The notes under the pieces: generated by a model
Seen by the model: only the letters and a program-made list of their open reading frames with translations
Told to the model about the DNA's origin: nothing
Databases searched by the model: none
Source of the DNA: a virus
IMG/VR virus record: IMGVR_UViG_3300037222_000100
Coordinates: 1-64,000 of that record
Length of the DNA: 64,000 nucleotides
Reading direction: 5' to 3' (one strand)
Position numbers and translations under genes: made by a program
Shown: positions 44,879 to 55,246 of the stretch, in pieces
Position numbering within the stretch: position 1 is the stretch's first letter
Layout: each line of letters begins with the position of its first letter

Positions 44879-45542
44879 GACTCATCGGCGCATCCTGGGC
44901 GAAGCCGCGCACGATCATCAGAAGCAACTGAACGGATGTCGCGCTGACCTCGCAACGCGGGATGCTCGCATTCGTGAGTACGTCAAGCTGGAGAGTAATC
45001 CTGAGGCCATCGCACGATGGACAAGTCCTGATGGCAAGCGTGTACTCAACGATCTTCAGTCGGCGCTGCGCCTGATCCAGGAATACCAGCGCTCGCTCTC
45101 TGTGGTCCTTGCTGCAGACCCTCACTATCGAGAAGCCGATGCTCTCTTGGAGCAATGGGGCATGAAGGGGGACCCGGCCAAAGTAGTGGCGGGCTTCCAG
45201 AACATCCAGACTCCGCCCTCCGTGATCGAGGTCAACGAGCGAGGCAAGGCGGTAAGTTCTCGTCGCGATGTGGTCACCGGAGCCTGCGAGCCTATCGTAC
45301 GCGCCCACGTTGGGAACGAGGAAGAGATCGAGAAGCGCACGCAGGGCGACGCCGCACTCTATGGTGACCAAGCCTACGGACAGGAGACTGCGACCCTCGT
45401 GGCCGAGCGCACGCCAGAGGGAGATCGTCTGTACTTCGTTCGCAAGGATGAGCAGGTCCCAGAGGACGTGCAGGCGGCGCGAGCTACGACCGCATGCGCT
45501 CCGGGTTCAGGGCAGGTCGAAGTTGACGATTCGCCCAAGTAG
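44862..45542 (+). CDS. Hypothetical protein
   Basis: 226-aa ORF in operon. Confidence 0.55.
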   Translation: MLMRAKTHRRILGEAAHDHQKQLNGCRADLATRDARIREYVKLESNPEAIARWTSPDGKRVLNDLQSALRLIQEYQRSLSVVLAADPHYREADALLEQWGMKGDPAKVVAGFQNIQTPPSVIEVNERGKAVSSRRDVVTGACEPIVRAHVGNEEEIEKRTQGDAALYGDQAYGQETATLVAERTPEGDRLYFVRKDEQVPEDVQAARATTACAPGSGQVEVDDSPK

Positions 45543-45559
45543 TCTGCTAGCGTAGACTT

Positions 45560-46783
45560 GTGCCCAACCTCGACCCTGACAAAGAGCTACTCTCTCATCT
45601 GCCAGACTCCGATTCGTGGTTGGTGCTACGGGCAGAAGGCTTCCGCGATGTCCTGATTCAGGACGAGGAGATTCGGGAAGTCTACCAGTGGGCGGACAAC
45701 CATCTGCGCGAGTATGGCGAGGTAGCAACGGCCCTTGTCCTGGAGGATGAGTTCGACATCGAGTTCACGGAGCCGCAGACGGCTATCGGTGATCTCATCG
45801 ACCGCATGCGCCTGCGGTACATGCACAACGAGGGGCGCGAGGCGCTCAAGGCGATCACCCAACAGTACAAAGAGGATGCATCGCTTGTCCCGAAGCTCCT
45901 CCTCCGTCACGGCAAGGAGCTAACCGAACTCCTCACTCGACGCGGCGAAACGTACGGCAACGGAGACTTCGAACGTGCGATCCAGCGCTACCTCGACAGA
46001 GCGACTCAGGGCGTCGGCCCGAGCTTTGGATTCGAAGAGCTAGACGAGTACTTCCATGGAATGCGAGGCGTGTCCATCTACCTGGGTCCCCCCAAGACCT
46101 GGAAGAGTTGGTTCATGGTCAAAGCTCATCTCTCGAATGCCATCGCAGGCAAATACCCGTGGCTCTTTTCTCTGGAGCTTCCGGCCGAGGAAACCTACCT
46201 GCGCACATGCTGCATGATGGCTGACATACCATGGTGGAAACACACCCACAATGCCTTGTCTCCTGACGAGCGGAAGCTGATGGACGAGGCCATGATGGCA
46301 CTTGACAGCGAAGGGGCGCACAAGATCATGAAGCCCCCGCAAGGCGAGCGCTCGCTGGAGGAGATGGTCGGCCGTGCCAAAGACAATGGAGCCGGGGTCG
46401 TCCTCATCGATCAGCTTCAGTACGTCGAGGTTGATGGCAAGTCTCTCGGTGCTTGGAACAAGACCGAGAAGTACTTCGATGTGCTCGACCATGCACGCAA
46501 CTTGTCCGACGAGATACCGATCTGCTTCGCCCATCAGTTCAATCGCACGACACTCAACGCCGAGGAGATGCCGGTTGTGCAGCAGGCCAAGGGATCGTCT
46601 GCCATTGAGGAGACATCGACCGTGGTCCTGGGACTCTGGGCCAGCAAAGACATGCGCAAGTCGGGGCTCATGGAAATCGGAGTGCTCGCGGCGCGCAATC
46701 ACAACTTCCGCAATTGGAGGGTGGATGTCGATCTCTCGAAACGATGCAGCTTCGAGATTACAGGAGTCGTAGAGGATGACTAG
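45560..46783 (+). CDS. DnaB-like replicative helicase
   Basis: GPPKTWKS, FSLEL, LIDQLQ, HQFNR, GSSAIEE, ARN. Confidence 0.85.
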   Translation: MPNLDPDKELLSHLPDSDSWLVLRAEGFRDVLIQDEEIREVYQWADNHLREYGEVATALVLEDEFDIEFTEPQTAIGDLIDRMRLRYMHNEGREALKAITQQYKEDASLVPKLLLRHGKELTELLTRRGETYGNGDFERAIQRYLDRATQGVGPSFGFEELDEYFHGMRGVSIYLGPPKTWKSWFMVKAHLSNAIAGKYPWLFSLELPAEETYLRTCCMMADIPWWKHTHNALSPDERKLMDEAMMALDSEGAHKIMKPPQGERSLEEMVGRAKDNGAGVVLIDQLQYVEVDGKSLGAWNKTEKYFDVLDHARNLSDEIPICFAHQFNRTTLNAEEMPVVQQAKGSSAIEETSTVVLGLWASKDMRKSGLMEIGVLAARNHNFRNWRVDVDLSKRCSFEITGVVEDD

Positions 46784-47057
46784 AATCCCTGCGCGCATTA
46801 TCCGACGCAAGGCTTCGGATGATCCTACGCCGATTCCTAACTGGATGGACGACTCCGAACAAGTTGGTCCCTGTCCCTGCGGCGAGCCATTCGATCCCGA
46901 CGATTGCATTGTGGTCGAAGGCGACGCAGAACTAGCTCGCTGGTTCCATGAGGAGTGCATCAATTGGTTGGAGTATGAGATGACAGACGAGGAACTTGAG
47001 GCCAAACGAGAGTATGAAGAGTACCGACGCCTCATGGACGAGGACGACGATGAGTAA
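46776..47057 (+). CDS. Small Zn-binding protein
   Basis: CPCG..HEEC. Confidence 0.5.
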   Translation: MTRIPARIIRRKASDDPTPIPNWMDDSEQVGPCPCGEPFDPDDCIVVEGDAELARWFHEECINWLEYEMTDEELEAKREYEEYRRLMDEDDDE

Positions 47058-48144
47058 ACGCCCTGTAAAGTACAGCACCTTCGCTGATCAGATCGATGTG
47101 GACGCCTTCGAGGAAGCCATCGACTTCGAGCCCCTAGATCATCTCAAGGGTGAGGATGTGGGCTATTGTCCCGATCTCTGGGGCATGCATAAGCACGGTG
47201 ACTCTACCGGTAAGTTCGCGATCAACCGCGAGAAGCGCGTCTATCACTGTTGGGTCTGCGGTGGAGGTAACTTCCTGTCGCTCGCGATGGAGTTCTTGGG
47301 CGAAGATGAAGAGGCCGCGACCGAGTGGCTCAAGCAATTCGCGCACGGGGACATCCGCTCTGACTCTGATTTCGCCGACGACATCCTCGATGTACTGGCC
47401 AAGCACGAGGCTCGCAAAGCGGAACGCATGCCCTACTTCAATGAGCATGTCCTGGGTCAGTTCGATGCCAAGGGAGAGGACCATGTGTTCTTCAAGGAAT
47501 GGTGCGCTAGCCGAGGCATCGACTACTCCGTCATGGTCACCCACAAACTGGGCTACAGCAGCAGCCATAGGCGTTCGGCCCCCTTGGAAGGCGGCGAGAA
47601 AATCGATGACGACTTCTTTGGACGCGTAGCGGTCTTCCCCCACTACTGGGAAGGACGGCTCGTCGGATGGCAGCAGCGGTGGATAGACTTCAGCAAGGAT
47701 GATCCGGACTGGCCCAAGTGGCTGCCCAAGTACACGAACACGAGCGACTTTCCGAAAACGACGACGCTTTACAACTACGTTCACGCTCTCAAGAGCAGCG
47801 AGAAGGTGGTCGTGGTCGAGTCTGTACCAACCGTCCTCTTCCTAGAGAGCATGGGGGTCAATGCCGTAGCCACATTCGGTTCCGGCGCGGTTGAGAGCCA
47901 ACTGCGTCTCTTGCGCGACTTCACACAGGGCGTCATCATCGCCCCAGACAACGATGCTCCGGGTGAGAAGTTCGCGCAGGGCGCGACCCAATATCTAGAG
48001 CGCTACGTCGAGGTCACTGTACTGCCCCCAGTCAAGCTCAAACCAGGTGCAGACCTAGGCGACTACATGGACGTGGATGATCCCGTGGACGCCCTCTACG
48101 ATCACTTGCAAAAGGGCGAGGTTTCGGGCCTCTCCGTAGAGTAG
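47050..48144 (+). CDS. DNA primase (CHC2 Zn finger + TOPRIM)
   Basis: CP..H..HCWVCG; KYTN; VVES; PDNDAPG. Confidence 0.85.
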   Translation: MSKRPVKYSTFADQIDVDAFEEAIDFEPLDHLKGEDVGYCPDLWGMHKHGDSTGKFAINREKRVYHCWVCGGGNFLSLAMEFLGEDEEAATEWLKQFAHGDIRSDSDFADDILDVLAKHEARKAERMPYFNEHVLGQFDAKGEDHVFFKEWCASRGIDYSVMVTHKLGYSSSHRRSAPLEGGEKIDDDFFGRVAVFPHYWEGRLVGWQQRWIDFSKDDPDWPKWLPKYTNTSDFPKTTTLYNYVHALKSSEKVVVVESVPTVLFLESMGVNAVATFGSGAVESQLRLLRDFTQGVIIAPDNDAPGEKFAQGATQYLERYVEVTVLPPVKLKPGADLGDYMDVDDPVDALYDHLQKGEVSGLSVE

Positions 48145-48150
48145 AGGTCA

Positions 48151-48552
48151 ATGGCACTCTCTCAAGCTGAACGCGATGCTCGATACTACAAGCGCCACAA
48201 AGCAGCCATCCTTGCACGGCGCGATCTGAGCAAGATCATTGCTTGGCAGAAGAGACACGCGGCGAGATTCAAAGCCGCCCAACGACGCTACGGTGCGAGT
48301 CCAAAGGGCAAACGGACTATGCGCGCTAGCGCTGCCAATCGCAGGGCTCGTAAGCTGGATCAATTCATTGAGAACGTCGATCCTGAGATCGTCTACGAGA
48401 TGCATGGCGGCATGTGCGGCATCTGCAAGAAGTTTATCGACGGCGACTTCCACGTCGATCATGTCATCCCGCTCGTCAAGGGCGGCATGCATGGCTATGT
48501 CAATGTTCAGCCTGCGCATCCTAGCTGTAATCTACGCAAGGGCGCGACATAA
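48151..48552 (+). CDS. HNH endonuclease
   Basis: CGIC..HVDHVIPLVKGG..NVQPAHPSCN. Confidence 0.9.
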   Translation: MALSQAERDARYYKRHKAAILARRDLSKIIAWQKRHAARFKAAQRRYGASPKGKRTMRASAANRRARKLDQFIENVDPEIVYEMHGGMCGICKKFIDGDFHVDHVIPLVKGGMHGYVNVQPAHPSCNLRKGAT

Positions 48553-48558
48553 TAGGTG

Positions 48559-48720
48559 ATGGTGATGACGAAGTATCAGAGCGTTGAGAAGGCGGAGGTC
48601 TTGACCCCCGACGAGCATCGACGCATTGAGGCAGGCTTGCATCGCCTAGGCAAGACCTCTGCGCAAGACCTCACTGAGGAGCAGCGTCAGCAGGTTCTTA
48701 GCCGTCCCGAGCAGAAGTAG
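48559..48720 (+). CDS. Hypothetical protein, 53 aa
   Basis: Fills intergenic gap. Confidence 0.45.
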   Translation: MVMTKYQSVEKAEVLTPDEHRRIEAGLHRLGKTSAQDLTEEQRQQVLSRPEQK

Positions 48721-48807
48721 CCGGAACCCCTTTTGGGGACCTGCTATGCTCAACGAGATCAATCGGGCTGACGGTCTTAGACCGGCCCAAGAACGGAGAC
48801 AAATAGC

Positions 48808-49950
48808 ATGTCTGAGATACGCAGAGGAGCAGCAGCAATCCAGGAGGCAGCAGAATCTTCTGGCCAGGGCGGTTCGTGGAGGCCCTACCTACCTTCCATC
48901 TTCTGGAAGGAGGACAAAGAGGAGCGGTATGTCCTCTTCCTGAACGAGGTCGATGACATCCCGACCTTCGACATGATTCAGTTCATCCCGACCGAGAACG
49001 AATTTTACCAGGAAGCGGTGGCAAAGACTTCTGAGCCATTCAGCGAGCGGTACGACTTGTTCGAGAAGCAGTGGGACGCCAAGGCCGTTCAGCGCAGCGT
49101 CGCCATCGCGGTCGAGCTAGAGCCGGTCATCGAGGTCGTCAACGTCAACGGCAAAAACCGACGCAAGCCGGTTGGGTTCGAGGTCAAGACGGTCGAGTAC
49201 GAGCGTCGCATCCTTGACGAGGATGGCGAGGTCACTGACGAAACAGAAGAGGTCACGGCTCCGGCCATCGGGTACATCTCTCAGTCCCCGAACAACTTCT
49301 TCAACCACGTCACCAACTACGATGCGAATGATGCACCGATCACGGTGACGGCGCTGAAGATCACTCGCCTTGGCAAGGACAAGTCCACGTCCTACTCCGT
49401 TCAGGGGTATGACGAACAGCCCATCGACCTGTCGAATCTCGTTGCGTTCGTGGATGGCATCAGCTATCTCACCGACGAGATGGACGAGGTTGTTGAGACG
49501 GTTACGGAGCAATCCCCAGAGGATGCTGCGGCCTACCTCGGCAAACTCCTCCTCGACAAGCGCGAGGGAGAACTGTTGGACGACGACCGCTACCAGGAGT
49601 TGCTAGAGGGTGTCACGGAGTCGATGGACATCTACGGCAACAAGAAAGGTCGCAAAGGCAAGGGCAAAGACACCAAAGAGGGACGGCAGCCCCGTAGCTC
49701 ACGACGTAGCGCTACTCGCGCAGCGGCGGAGGCCGAGGATGCTGACGAGCCCAACGAGGAGTCCAGTGACCCGGAGCCTACGGAGGAGGTCGCTCCAAAG
49801 GGACGTACCCGGAAAACGGCTACGAAACCAGCAGCCAAAACGGCCAAAGCTAAAACAGCAGCCAAAAAATCCGCAACCAAACAGACTCCGCAGGAGCGGA
49901 TGAAGGAGTTGCGCGCACGCGCGGCTGAGAAAGCGGCTGCAAAGGCATAA
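48808..49950 (+). CDS. Probable ssDNA-binding protein with Lys/Ala-rich tail
   Basis: Replication context; LKITRLGKDKSTSY is gp32-like; TKPAAKTAKAKTAAKK tail. Confidence 0.55.
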   Translation: MSEIRRGAAAIQEAAESSGQGGSWRPYLPSIFWKEDKEERYVLFLNEVDDIPTFDMIQFIPTENEFYQEAVAKTSEPFSERYDLFEKQWDAKAVQRSVAIAVELEPVIEVVNVNGKNRRKPVGFEVKTVEYERRILDEDGEVTDETEEVTAPAIGYISQSPNNFFNHVTNYDANDAPITVTALKITRLGKDKSTSYSVQGYDEQPIDLSNLVAFVDGISYLTDEMDEVVETVTEQSPEDAAAYLGKLLLDKREGELLDDDRYQELLEGVTESMDIYGNKKGRKGKGKDTKEGRQPRSSRRSATRAAAEAEDADEPNEESSDPEPTEEVAPKGRTRKTATKPAAKTAKAKTAAKKSATKQTPQERMKELRARAAEKAAAKA

Positions 49951-49953
49951 CGG

Positions 49954-50361
49954 GTGCTCAACCCGAAGAACATCGTTAGCCTGTGCGAGTGCGGGTGTAA
50001 TCAACCCGCCTCGCCAGGTAAGCGATTCATTAGTGGACACAATCGTCGGGGTAATGGAACCCGTGATCTGTTCTGCAAGAAGGGCCGTTGGTATGTCACT
50101 ACACGCATCTCCAATCAGCACATGCCCTGGTCCCATGTCGTCATGTGGGACAAGACGGGAACGCCGGTTGGTCCCGGTGAAATCGTCCATCACGAAGACG
50201 AAGATTTCCGCAACGACGACCCCGATAATTTGGTCCTCTATGCCTCTCAGACCGAGCACATGCTTGCCTGTCATCCTCAGGAGTGGGCGTGGCAGATGCT
50301 CAAAGCAGCCGTACGGGAGTTGGGTACCGACGCCGTTCGAGGTTACCTTGATGCTCAATAA
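49954..50361 (+). CDS. HNH endonuclease
   Basis: CECGC..FISGHN; VHHEDEDFRNDDPDNL..H. Confidence 0.8.
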   Translation: MLNPKNIVSLCECGCNQPASPGKRFISGHNRRGNGTRDLFCKKGRWYVTTRISNQHMPWSHVVMWDKTGTPVGPGEIVHHEDEDFRNDDPDNLVLYASQTEHMLACHPQEWAWQMLKAAVRELGTDAVRGYLDAQ

Positions 50362-50794
50362 CAAGAAAGGAATCGCGCTCTTCACCGATGGGTCGGCCTA
50401 TCACAAGGACGGCTCCGGTGGATGGGCGTGGGCAGCCATCGACTGTTTCGGCGGCGAAGAAATTGGTAGCGGCAGCGCTTCCGATGTCACGAACAATCAG
50501 ATGGAGATGACAGCATGGATCAAGGGGCTCGATCACCTGTTCGAGTCGCTTGGTTCATGCGATGTCCTCGTGTACAGCGATAGCCAGTACGTCGGATACG
50601 GCGCGATGGATAGGAAGCGAGCACGACGCAGGAACAAGGGCCTCTGGGTCAGCATCGACCTGGCGATAGATCAGCATCGCTACATCGAGTTCGTCTGGGT
50701 CAAGGGTCATCACGACAGCCACTACAATCAGTTGGTAGACGAGCTAGCCGGGAATGCCCGGAAGCAAGGACGCAATGAGCCTACACGTACATAG
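50351..50794 (+). CDS. rnhA: Ribonuclease HI
   Basis: FTDGS, TNNQME, YSDSQY, WVKGH..N..VDELA. Confidence 0.9.
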   Translation: MLNNKKGIALFTDGSAYHKDGSGGWAWAAIDCFGGEEIGSGSASDVTNNQMEMTAWIKGLDHLFESLGSCDVLVYSDSQYVGYGAMDRKRARRRNKGLWVSIDLAIDQHRYIEFVWVKGHHDSHYNQLVDELAGNARKQGRNEPTRT

Positions 50795-53700
50795 CGAGTT
50801 CTCTTCCCTCGACGGCTGGTCCACAGTCGATGAGATCGGCGACCGCATGGTGGACATCGGCTGCCCCTTCTGCGGGCTGACCGATCACGGCGTTGTCGCT
50901 GGCCACATCGACTTCGACAAAGCCATGCGCAAGCGGGACATCAATCCCGTGTTCGGGGCCGAGCTATACCACGGCATAGACTTCGAGGGACTCAAGAAAC
51001 AAGACCGCGACCAGGCCCATCTCATCGCCCTCGCGATGACGGATGAAGGATTGAAGAACCTCTGGCGACTCGTCAACGCGACAGCCGACCACGATCACTT
51101 CCATCACGTTGGACGTGTGACAAACGAGGACATCGTGAAGTACAAGGAGGGCATCATGTTCACGTCGGCTTGCCCATTGGGGCTCGTGCCCAAGGGCCTG
51201 CTCCGAGGGGACACGACATACCTCAACTGGTACCTGGACAACCTGGGTGACAACTTCCGCATGGAGATCACGACGTACCCTGGCGATGCGGAGTGGCGAG
51301 ACAGAGACTCGGAGGATGAGGAGGCCGTCATCACCCCTCGCCTCATCAACGAACTCGTCATCGAGGCGGCTGACGAGCGAGGCGTACCGATCACCTATGG
51401 AGACGACGGACACTATGCCCGCCCAGATCAGTACCCGGAACATGACATGTACCTTGCTGCGCAGACACGGCAGTCGATCTACACGCCTGTCGAGGAGCGC
51501 AAGATGTGGCATCCGCCTAACGCGGTGTGCATCAAGGACGAGGGAATGGTGCGCGAGGCACTGCATTATCTATCAGAGGAGAGGGTAGATGAAGTACTAG
51601 CCAACACACGCGAGGTCGGAGAACGAGCCGATGCACATCTGCCTGCCGTAGATCGGCCGCATCTGCCGGTGTTCATTCCGCAGGACTGTCCATGGGTGGA
51701 GGAAGACGAGGAGCGCAACGCCACCGATCTCTTCATCGATCTCGTCGGCGAGGGCATCGACCGCATCTACGGCGGTACCGAGCGTGAGGAGGAGGCTTGG
51801 GCGAAAGCCACGCACGAGATGGAAGTGCTCATCGAGGACGGCCTGGAGCACTACTTCCTCATGGCATGGGATGTGGTCCAGTTCTGCAAGCTGGAACGGA
51901 TCAACATCGGTCCCGGAAGAGGCTCTTCCGCAGGAGCCATCGTCGCATACGCACTCGGCATCACGGACGTAGACCCGCTGCACTACGACTTGTACTTCGA
52001 GCGCTTCTGGAACAAGGGCCGTACCGAGGGCTTTCCTGACATCGACACGGACTTCGCCAAGTCTCGACGCGAAGAGATTCGCGAGTACCTGATCGAGCGA
52101 TGGGGTGAGAAGCGCGTCTGCTCCATCGGGACGATCACTCGCATGAAGCCCATCGCCGTCATCGAGAAGCTCGCTGTGGCTTGTGAAATCGGTCACGGGG
52201 ACATGGAACACCTGAAGAAAATCGTCAAGCAGACGAAGGACATCGAGATTCACGGCCACGAACAGATCGGTTGGAGCCCCGAGCGCGAGCCAGACAAGGT
52301 GATCTACATCAACTCTTCCACGGAGCAGAACCCGGAGGGGGACAAGGTAGGACAGGAAATCGAGGAGTGGATCGGGACAGACAAGAAGCGACGCAAGTAC
52401 ATCGAGATGTGCGAAGCTGCTTGCTCCCGGAACTCGAACTACGGCATCCATGCTTCCGGAATAGTCGTGTCGGATATCGATCTGGAAGACTACGCTCCTG
52501 CGTATCTGCGCGGAGGTAAGGCGGAGGGTATTCCAGCCACGCTCTTCCCGATGAGCGAGATCGACAAGCTCAAGCTGATGAAGCTCGATGTCCTGGGACT
52601 CAAGACGCTCGACACCCTCGCCGAGTGGGACATTCTCATGGAGGAGAAAGGCGTTACGACCGAGTGGTCTGGGCTCGACCGCGAGAAGCATCCTGAGGAG
52701 ATGTGGGACCTCATGGAAGAAGGATTCGTGTCCGGCGTCTTCCAGTGCGAGACGCACGCGGGCAAGGACCTGGCAGAACGACTCAAAATGCGCTCTATCG
52801 AGGACCTTGGTGTGCTCGTGGCGCTCAACCGTCCGGGTCCGCAGCGTGCGGGTGTGCCGAACCGCTACATCGCACGCAAAGAGGGGCGGAGTGAGATCAC
52901 CTACCCGCACCCGATGCTCGAAGAACTGCTCAAGCCGACCTATGGACTGTTCGTCTATCAGGAGCAGATCATTAGGTTCATGGGGGCGCTTGGCTACTCC
53001 CTCGGCGACGCTGATGCCATGCGCAAGATACTTGGTAAGAAGCAGCCCGAGAAGCTGACCGCGTTGCTCCAGGGTAAGGGTGAATGGAAGGGCAAGGGCT
53101 TCCTGGAGACGGCTGTGGAGAAAGGCTTCACGAAGAGCCAGGCCAAAGCGGTGTGGGATGACATCGTAGGCTTCGCGAGCTACTCGTTCAACAAGAGTCA
53201 CTCCATCGCCTACGCGATCATCGCGTTCCGTTGCCTGTACGCCAAGTACTACGGCCCGCAAGAGTTCTACATCGCTTGCATCCGTACGGTGGCTAAGGAC
53301 AAACGAGCAGAACTGACGCCGGAGTACATCAAGGAGGCTCGTCGTATGGACATCAAGGTATTGCCTCCAGACATTCGTCACTCGAAGAGTCAGGTGGACG
53401 TACATGACGGCAACATCTACTTCGGGTTCTCGGACATCAAGGGCGTGGGCATAGGCGGTGCGTATCTCGTCAAACTACGCGACGAGAAGGGTCTGGACGT
53501 GTCGTCTCCTGAGGCTCTAGAGGAGGCACTGAACGAGTTCAACGAAGAAGAGCTTACAGCCAAGAAGGAAGCGCTCAAGGAGGGCCATCCCTTTCCCGCC
53601 GATTGGAAGTCACCAAAGCAGGTCCTCAATGAGAAGAAGCTCTCCCTCGTGTGTGCGGTTGGCGCATGGGATGCGCTAGAGGGCTCCATCGATCTGAGAT

Positions 53701-54164
53701 CGAAGCAGAAGTTCGAGCAGGAGTTCCTCAACGTGATCCTGACCGACGACACGGAGGAGATACTAGAAGCTCACGCAGAGGAGATCGAGGAGAAGTGTGA
53801 CGACTTCCGAGTCGCTGCTATGGCATGGGAGGATCGAGAAAGCGATCCGGAATTGGAGTACGAGTGGGTGGACGGCGATGGAGATGAGATTCCGATGAAG
53901 GATCGGCATCGAGAATTCCGCGTATGTGGTATCATCACTGGTGTAAAACCAACCAAGGTGAGGGCCACCGGTAAGGCGATGGGCATCGTCACAATTGAGA
54001 GCGGACGACATGAGTTGACCTTCGCGTGCTTCTCGAACAAGTGGCCTACGAACAAGGCTCTCTTCAGACCACACAGCGTCGGTATCTTCACTATTCGTCA
54101 CTCCCCTCCAAGCGGCAAACGCGGCGAGGGCTACAACTTCGAGAAGGGGCATCTACTGAAATGA
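50775..54164 (+). CDS. dnaE: DNA polymerase III alpha subunit
   Basis: LHVHSEFSSLDG, TDHG, GPGRGSSAG, PDIDTD, HASG, FNKSHS. Confidence 0.95.
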   Translation: MSLHVHSEFSSLDGWSTVDEIGDRMVDIGCPFCGLTDHGVVAGHIDFDKAMRKRDINPVFGAELYHGIDFEGLKKQDRDQAHLIALAMTDEGLKNLWRLVNATADHDHFHHVGRVTNEDIVKYKEGIMFTSACPLGLVPKGLLRGDTTYLNWYLDNLGDNFRMEITTYPGDAEWRDRDSEDEEAVITPRLINELVIEAADERGVPITYGDDGHYARPDQYPEHDMYLAAQTRQSIYTPVEERKMWHPPNAVCIKDEGMVREALHYLSEERVDEVLANTREVGERADAHLPAVDRPHLPVFIPQDCPWVEEDEERNATDLFIDLVGEGIDRIYGGTEREEEAWAKATHEMEVLIEDGLEHYFLMAWDVVQFCKLERINIGPGRGSSAGAIVAYALGITDVDPLHYDLYFERFWNKGRTEGFPDIDTDFAKSRREEIREYLIERWGEKRVCSIGTITRMKPIAVIEKLAVACEIGHGDMEHLKKIVKQTKDIEIHGHEQIGWSPEREPDKVIYINSSTEQNPEGDKVGQEIEEWIGTDKKRRKYIEMCEAACSRNSNYGIHASGIVVSDIDLEDYAPAYLRGGKAEGIPATLFPMSEIDKLKLMKLDVLGLKTLDTLAEWDILMEEKGVTTEWSGLDREKHPEEMWDLMEEGFVSGVFQCETHAGKDLAERLKMRSIEDLGVLVALNRPGPQRAGVPNRYIARKEGRSEITYPHPMLEELLKPTYGLFVYQEQIIRFMGALGYSLGDADAMRKILGKKQPEKLTALLQGKGEWKGKGFLETAVEKGFTKSQAKAVWDDIVGFASYSFNKSHSIAYAIIAFRCLYAKYYGPQEFYIACIRTVAKDKRAELTPEYIKEARRMDIKVLPPDIRHSKSQVDVHDGNIYFGFSDIKGVGIGGAYLVKLRDEKGLDVSSPEALEEALNEFNEEELTAKKEALKEGHPFPADWKSPKQVLNEKKLSLVCAVGAWDALEGSIDLRSKQKFEQEFLNVILTDDTEEILEAHAEEIEEKCDDFRVAAMAWEDRESDPELEYEWVDGDGDEIPMKDRHREFRVCGIITGVKPTKVRATGKAMGIVTIESGRHELTFACFSNKWPTNKALFRPHSVGIFTIRHSPPSGKRGEGYNFEKGHLLK

Positions 54165-55246
54165 GTAGGGACACACAACGGAAGCAGCTTGAAAAGATTC
54201 GTCACAAGACGGTGGAGAACTTCGGCCTGCATTCGTCCGTCCTCGGCAGTGAGAAGTACACGCTCAACGTCGTCCCGTCCCCATCATTGATGTTGGACTT
54301 CAAGCTAGGCCGAGGCGGATTCCCTTACGGAGGCATGGTCGAGGTATTCGGGGGCAACGGCTTGGGCAAGACCACTTGCATCGGTTACGGCACGCTCGCT
54401 AACGTGCAGCGCCAGGGTAAGCTCCCGGCACTCATCGCCATGGAGCCTAACTGGGACGCCGACTGGGCGTTCAAACTTCACGGGCTCGATCCCGACCTCA
54501 TCCTGGTCCAGCGTCCTGACAACGTACAAGAGGCGTTTGCCATGCTCTACGATCTCGTGTACGAGACGGACATCGACTACATCTTGGTCGATTCCATTGG
54601 GGCGATGGGCGATCAGTCCGTACAGGGCGAGGATGTCAAGACGAAGGCGTATGGGGTGTCCGGAGCAGTCACGTCGGGACTCAATGCCATCATGCCTCGG
54701 CTCTTCAAGTCGAACAAGGGCCTCATGCTTCTCAATCAGCAACGCCAGGGCTCTGGTGGTACACAGACGTGGTACGAGTCTCCCGGCGGTGAGGCGCTCA
54801 AGCATCACGCGCTCGTACGCATCCAACTGAAGCCTGGTGACAAGAAATACAAAGCGAAAATCGATGGCAAGGATGTCCTCGTCGGACGCGAACTCAAGTG
54901 TGTGTTCAAGAAGAACAAGATGGCGCAGGCAGCCAGCAAGTCAGCCGAGTTCGATTTCTACAACATCGAATCGGAGGATTACGGCATCCTCGGCGTGGAC
55001 CGTGTGTCCGATGTCATCAAGACGGCGAAGGTGGCGGGCGTCATCAAAGGAAGCAGTTGGCTGGAGCACCAGGTCTTCCCCAAAGGCAAAGTTCAGGGCA
55101 TTGTCAAGGCCCGGAAATTCTTCCAGGCCAATCCCGAGGCATTTGATGTGATCCGCAGCGATGTGATGGCCGTGATGATTCAGAACGAGCTACTCGCAGC
55201 CGAGGCGAATGGCGAGCGGCCTGCGCTCAAGGTAGTCGAGGCGTGA
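54161..55246 (+). CDS. recA: RecA-like recombinase
   Basis: VEVFGGNGLGKTT, VDSIG, NQQR, SPGGEALKH, KNK. Confidence 0.9.
   Translation: MSRDTQRKQLEKIRHKTVENFGLHSSVLGSEKYTLNVVPSPSLMLDFKLGRGGFPYGGMVEVFGGNGLGKTTCIGYGTLANVQRQGKLPALIAMEPNWDADWAFKLHGLDPDLILVQRPDNVQEAFAMLYDLVYETDIDYILVDSIGAMGDQSVQGEDVKTKAYGVSGAVTSGLNAIMPRLFKSNKGLMLLNQQRQGSGGTQTWYESPGGEALKHHALVRIQLKPGDKKYKAKIDGKDVLVGRELKCVFKKNKMAQAASKSAEFDFYNIESEDYGILGVDRVSDVIKTAKVAGVIKGSSWLEHQVFPKGKVQGIVKARKFFQANPEAFDVIRSDVMAVMIQNELLAAEANGERPALKVVEA

Noticed and set aside
51597-53405. 602-aa antisense ORF and similar long shadow ORFs
   Set aside because: Mirror frames of dnaE and other real genes, expected from high-GC codon bias; no motifs
19465-55246. 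Inteins in TerL, NrdJ, DnaB, DnaE or RecA
   Set aside because: Lengths are ordinary and no C...HN-C/S/T splice junctions were seen
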